Shown here: in pieces, positions 61,076 through 64,000 of the stretch
Position numbering within the stretch: the first letter of the stretch is position 1
How the letters are laid out: every line of letters starts with the position of its first letter
Assembly (NCBI GenBank): GCA_024704765.1
Contig: JAKMXF010000320.1
Location: 186,001 to 250,000 of the forward strand
From: Oopsacas minuta
Lineage: Eukaryota; Animalia; Porifera
Length of the DNA stretch: 64,000 nt
Reading direction: 5' to 3'
The notes under the pieces: generated by a model
What the model saw: only the letters and a program-made list of their open reading frames with translations
Told to the model about the DNA's origin: nothing
The model's database searches: none
Program-made: the position numbers and the translations under genes

Positions 61076-61804
61076 AGACTCTGGTATATTCTGTAGCGTA
61101 CGGTCATATTTATCATAGAAACAATTATCCTTTCTTGTCTATATTTTGCATTAAACCTTAAAAACGGTATAGTGACTAGTATATGGAAAGTGATAGGTGG
61201 GGTCTAGCAACCAATAACACTATAAAATTTAGCTGTTTAATACTTAAGCTAACCTGGAGCACTAAGCTGTCCCACAGCAACCTAGCAAGCGAAGCGCGCT
61301 AGTATTAATTGATACTCATGGTTTTTATTTTATAATAGAGTAAAATTCAAAGCAATCATTCATATCTAAAAGCAGTCACGCACAATTAAATAGCATTGAT
61401 TACCAAACTGCAAAATTGCATATTTGAGAACTGATATCTTACATTCCTAATCATCTACCGTAACTTATTTAAAGACCTTCAGTCACATCAATTCATATTA
61501 TATAAAGCATTCTGGAATCAATGGTGATAATTCTAAACAATCTAAGAATGTATAAAATATCCCTACTTCAACCTATTTGCCCAATGTGTAAGTATGTGTT
61601 CTATGGGATGTGAGTCAGCTTAGCCGCCACACTTTATATTGCTATACTAAGATTAGCCGCCCCACTTTTCATGGGCTTCCGACAGCCCTGCATATAAGTA
61701 AACAGTTAAAAGAATTGATATGTATGTATGTGTGTTTTATTAAGTTGTTTAAGTAATATAGTTAGCAGCACATTTTAACATAAAGAATTTAGGAACAGAA
61801 TGGC

Positions 61805-62290
61805 CTAATGATTAAAATTAATAGAGAAACAACCACAGTTGATCTCATTGCATTCTGGTTTGGTACAAGTGCAATTGCATTCTGGTAAGTGGCACATAGT
61901 ACAATCCTTGCAACACATACAATAATTCATAAATGAATCTTTAGATTCTTTCATATAATTGGAAAAGTTTCGTAAACATCCTCCACACTTACAGGTCGCC
62001 AAAATATCCCTACTACATCCATCGAAAATACTGGAAGGAGAAGGGATATCTGCGTTACATCGTTCTGCAGTGTATCTGACTCCTTCTAGACAAGAAGGGC
62101 AAGTTACTCCTAAATTGTCCATGCATGAACAGCACTTCGTGACATTGATAAACTTCTTCATCAATAGAATTATTGCAATAACACCAGCATAGAAAGTTAA
62201 TAAAAGTAGTACGATTATAGGGATAAATGGTATTGTGGTAGTAGATATTCGTGAGGAATCAGGAGGAAAGAAGTATGGAGAGTTGGACAT
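61805..62290 (-). CDS. Small single-pass membrane protein with Cys-rich C-terminal region (161 aa from the Met at 62290)
   Basis: Hydrophobic stretch IPIIVLLLLTFYAGVIAIILLM followed by KK and 21 Cys in about 110 aa (CC, CxC and CxxC motifs). Start codon choice uncertain (track start 62380). Confidence 0.7.
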   Translation of the reverse strand: MSNSPYFFPPDSSRISTTTIPFIPIIVLLLLTFYAGVIAIILLMKKFINVTKCCSCMDNLGVTCPSCLEGVRYTAERCNADIPSPSSIFDGCSRDILATCKCGGCLRNFSNYMKESKDSFMNYCMCCKDCTMCHLPECNCTCTKPECNEINCGCFSINFNH

Positions 62291-62536
62291 TTTCACTGCA
62301 ATAAGCTCTAACCAAAGAAAATACATAGAATCATTCAGAGTGTTGATTTTTACTGTATAGACTATCAGTGGTGGGTGCATTAAATGCTGGTGATGGGATA
62401 ATTATCTAGCTCGGGGTCTGGGGGCGCAATAAGCCCCTGAACGGCAAGTCCTATTTTCCACAACATTCATTACCTTTCTACTATCAGGAAACTTCGAATC
62501 TCGAAATATTTTCTCTTAAAAGTTTTCGATTGACGA

Positions 62537-64000
62537 CACAGGCCTACACTTTTAGTTGTATTGATTTTGTCAACTGATATATACTAATTGTGTGTTGCTG
62601 ATTCCGATTATTTAGTCAGTTTCTCCCTAATACGTCAAGTTACCTCACAATCCTATTACTACATTTATAGAACAAAATTGGTTTCAACCCTTATACGTTA
62701 GATTGGATCAATTAAATTTCTGAAAATATCAATATTTCATTCACTAAGAATAATGATATAATTGTTACTAATATGAATGGAAGAAAGTGATACTATAAAC
62801 ATGTAATATGAGCACTATTCAATCTAAAAATTTCTCTTGTTTGACTTTCTTGAACGTTGTTCGTTAGGACAATCTCTTTTTAGGCACCAACAGTAATCTG
62901 CCATCATATGTGTGTCCCATCTTCCTTGATATCGCTGTTCCATCACTTTTATGTCTTGATGGAATCGTTCACCTTGTTCTTCACTCATATCACCTAGATT
63001 ATCCGGAAATCTATCAAGATGGTCTCTCAAATAATGAATTTTAATACTCATATTACAGCCAAGAGCATGATAGCTGTCGACTAACTCTGTGACTAGTTCT
63101 TTGTAGTTGGATGCCTTTTTATTACCAAGGAAATTAGAAACGACATTAGAGAAGCCTGCCACGCTCTCTTCTCTTCCTCGTTCATTGAATCTTTGAAGCT
63201 GTTATCTCTAAGTAACTTGCGAATCTGTGGACCTTTAAATATCCCTGCCTTTTTCTTCTCTTCACTGATTTATGGAAATAATTTCGGATATACTTGAAAC
63301 AATATCTGTCTTTATCCAGTGCTTTGATGAATTGCTTCATTAAACCAAGCTTAAAGTGGAGAGGAGGTAGAATTATTTTATTTATATGTACCAGAGAGTT
63401 ATACTGTCTCAATAACAAAGAAAATAGGGATACTTAGTGAACCCAGATTGTTGTCCTAATAGAAAGTTGACCATTTTGAGATCAACACAGATGACCCAAT
63501 CATGTGCAGAGTAGTTAATAATCTCTCTAATATCTCTTTCACATTATGTACTCCTCTTTGAGTTTAACTGAATATCCTATAGGAATTGAACCGAATATAT
63601 TTCCATTATGGAGTAGTACACATTTCAGACTCCTTTTGAAGCTGTTAATAAACAGCCTCCAGTCACTTGGATTGTAGTTCGGAACTCCCATTGCCAGTAG
63701 AAGACCCTCAACATTTGGACAAAACACCAAACCATTCTTTTCGCAGAAATACTGTTGAAACTCTTGCTCCCTGTAACGATATAATGTTACCTTTGTTCCT
63801 TGATGGAATAGATTCTTTTCTTTCAATCTAGTTGCAAGCAACTCAGAAGATTCTTTCGAGAGGTCAAGGTCACGAATTAAATCATTCAATTCCGCTTGGT
63901 TAAAGAGAGAAGGCTCCGAGGAAGGACCTCGAAAATCAACATCATATTCACAGTCATGATCATTGACTTCTGCAGAATTGGCACCATCTTCATCATCATG
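62537..64000 (-). mobile_element. Chapaev3-like (CMC superfamily) DNA transposon, decayed, 5' part beyond the window
   Basis: Motifs LLHNGN...SIPIG, LPPLHFKLGLMKQF and LGCNMSIKIHYL...SEEQGERFHQDI...MMADYCW. CAC terminus at 62537 with a GAATCAGC subterminal motif. Several frameshifts. Confidence 0.75.

Noticed and set aside
3830-62192. Numerous 60-130 aa ORFs in the supplied track (e.g. 3830, 5664, 7403, 14577, 20281, 22504, 28639, 39424, 53197, 61959)
   Set aside because: They are antisense or alternate-frame shadows of real genes, or lie within MITEs and Helitrons; none has independent support.

Overview
AT-rich eukaryotic (metazoan-type) genomic DNA. The compact, intron-poor genes suggest an early-branching animal such as a glass sponge; this is inference and is unverified. 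Host genes: TOPBP1 (one 54-bp intron), an uncharacterised protein ending in a dynein microtubule-binding-like module, TAF11, a C9orf72 orthologue, a Grb7/10/14-type adaptor with an extra N-terminal SAM domain, a protein made of four Mind bomb SH3/REP repeats only, a FATP/SLC27A acyl-CoA synthetase, and a Cys-rich single-pass membrane protein. Three small genes are missing from the ORF track: two RPL41 copies and a spliced SEC61B. The rest is dense in transposons: hAT elements and MITEs with 8-bp TSDs, pogo/Tigger MITEs, non-autonomous Helitrons, a Gypsy remnant, a Chapaev3-like element and about seven Ginger-type integrase-only elements or remnants. The most striking system is a pair of adjacent Ginger elements whose integrases carry different deubiquitinase-class proteases, one USP/C19-like (a cargo I do not recognise from described Gingers) and one OTU. 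Next to them is a Ginger derivative whose terminal repeat has amplified into a 16-unit 35-bp satellite. One N at 30990 marks an assembly junction.
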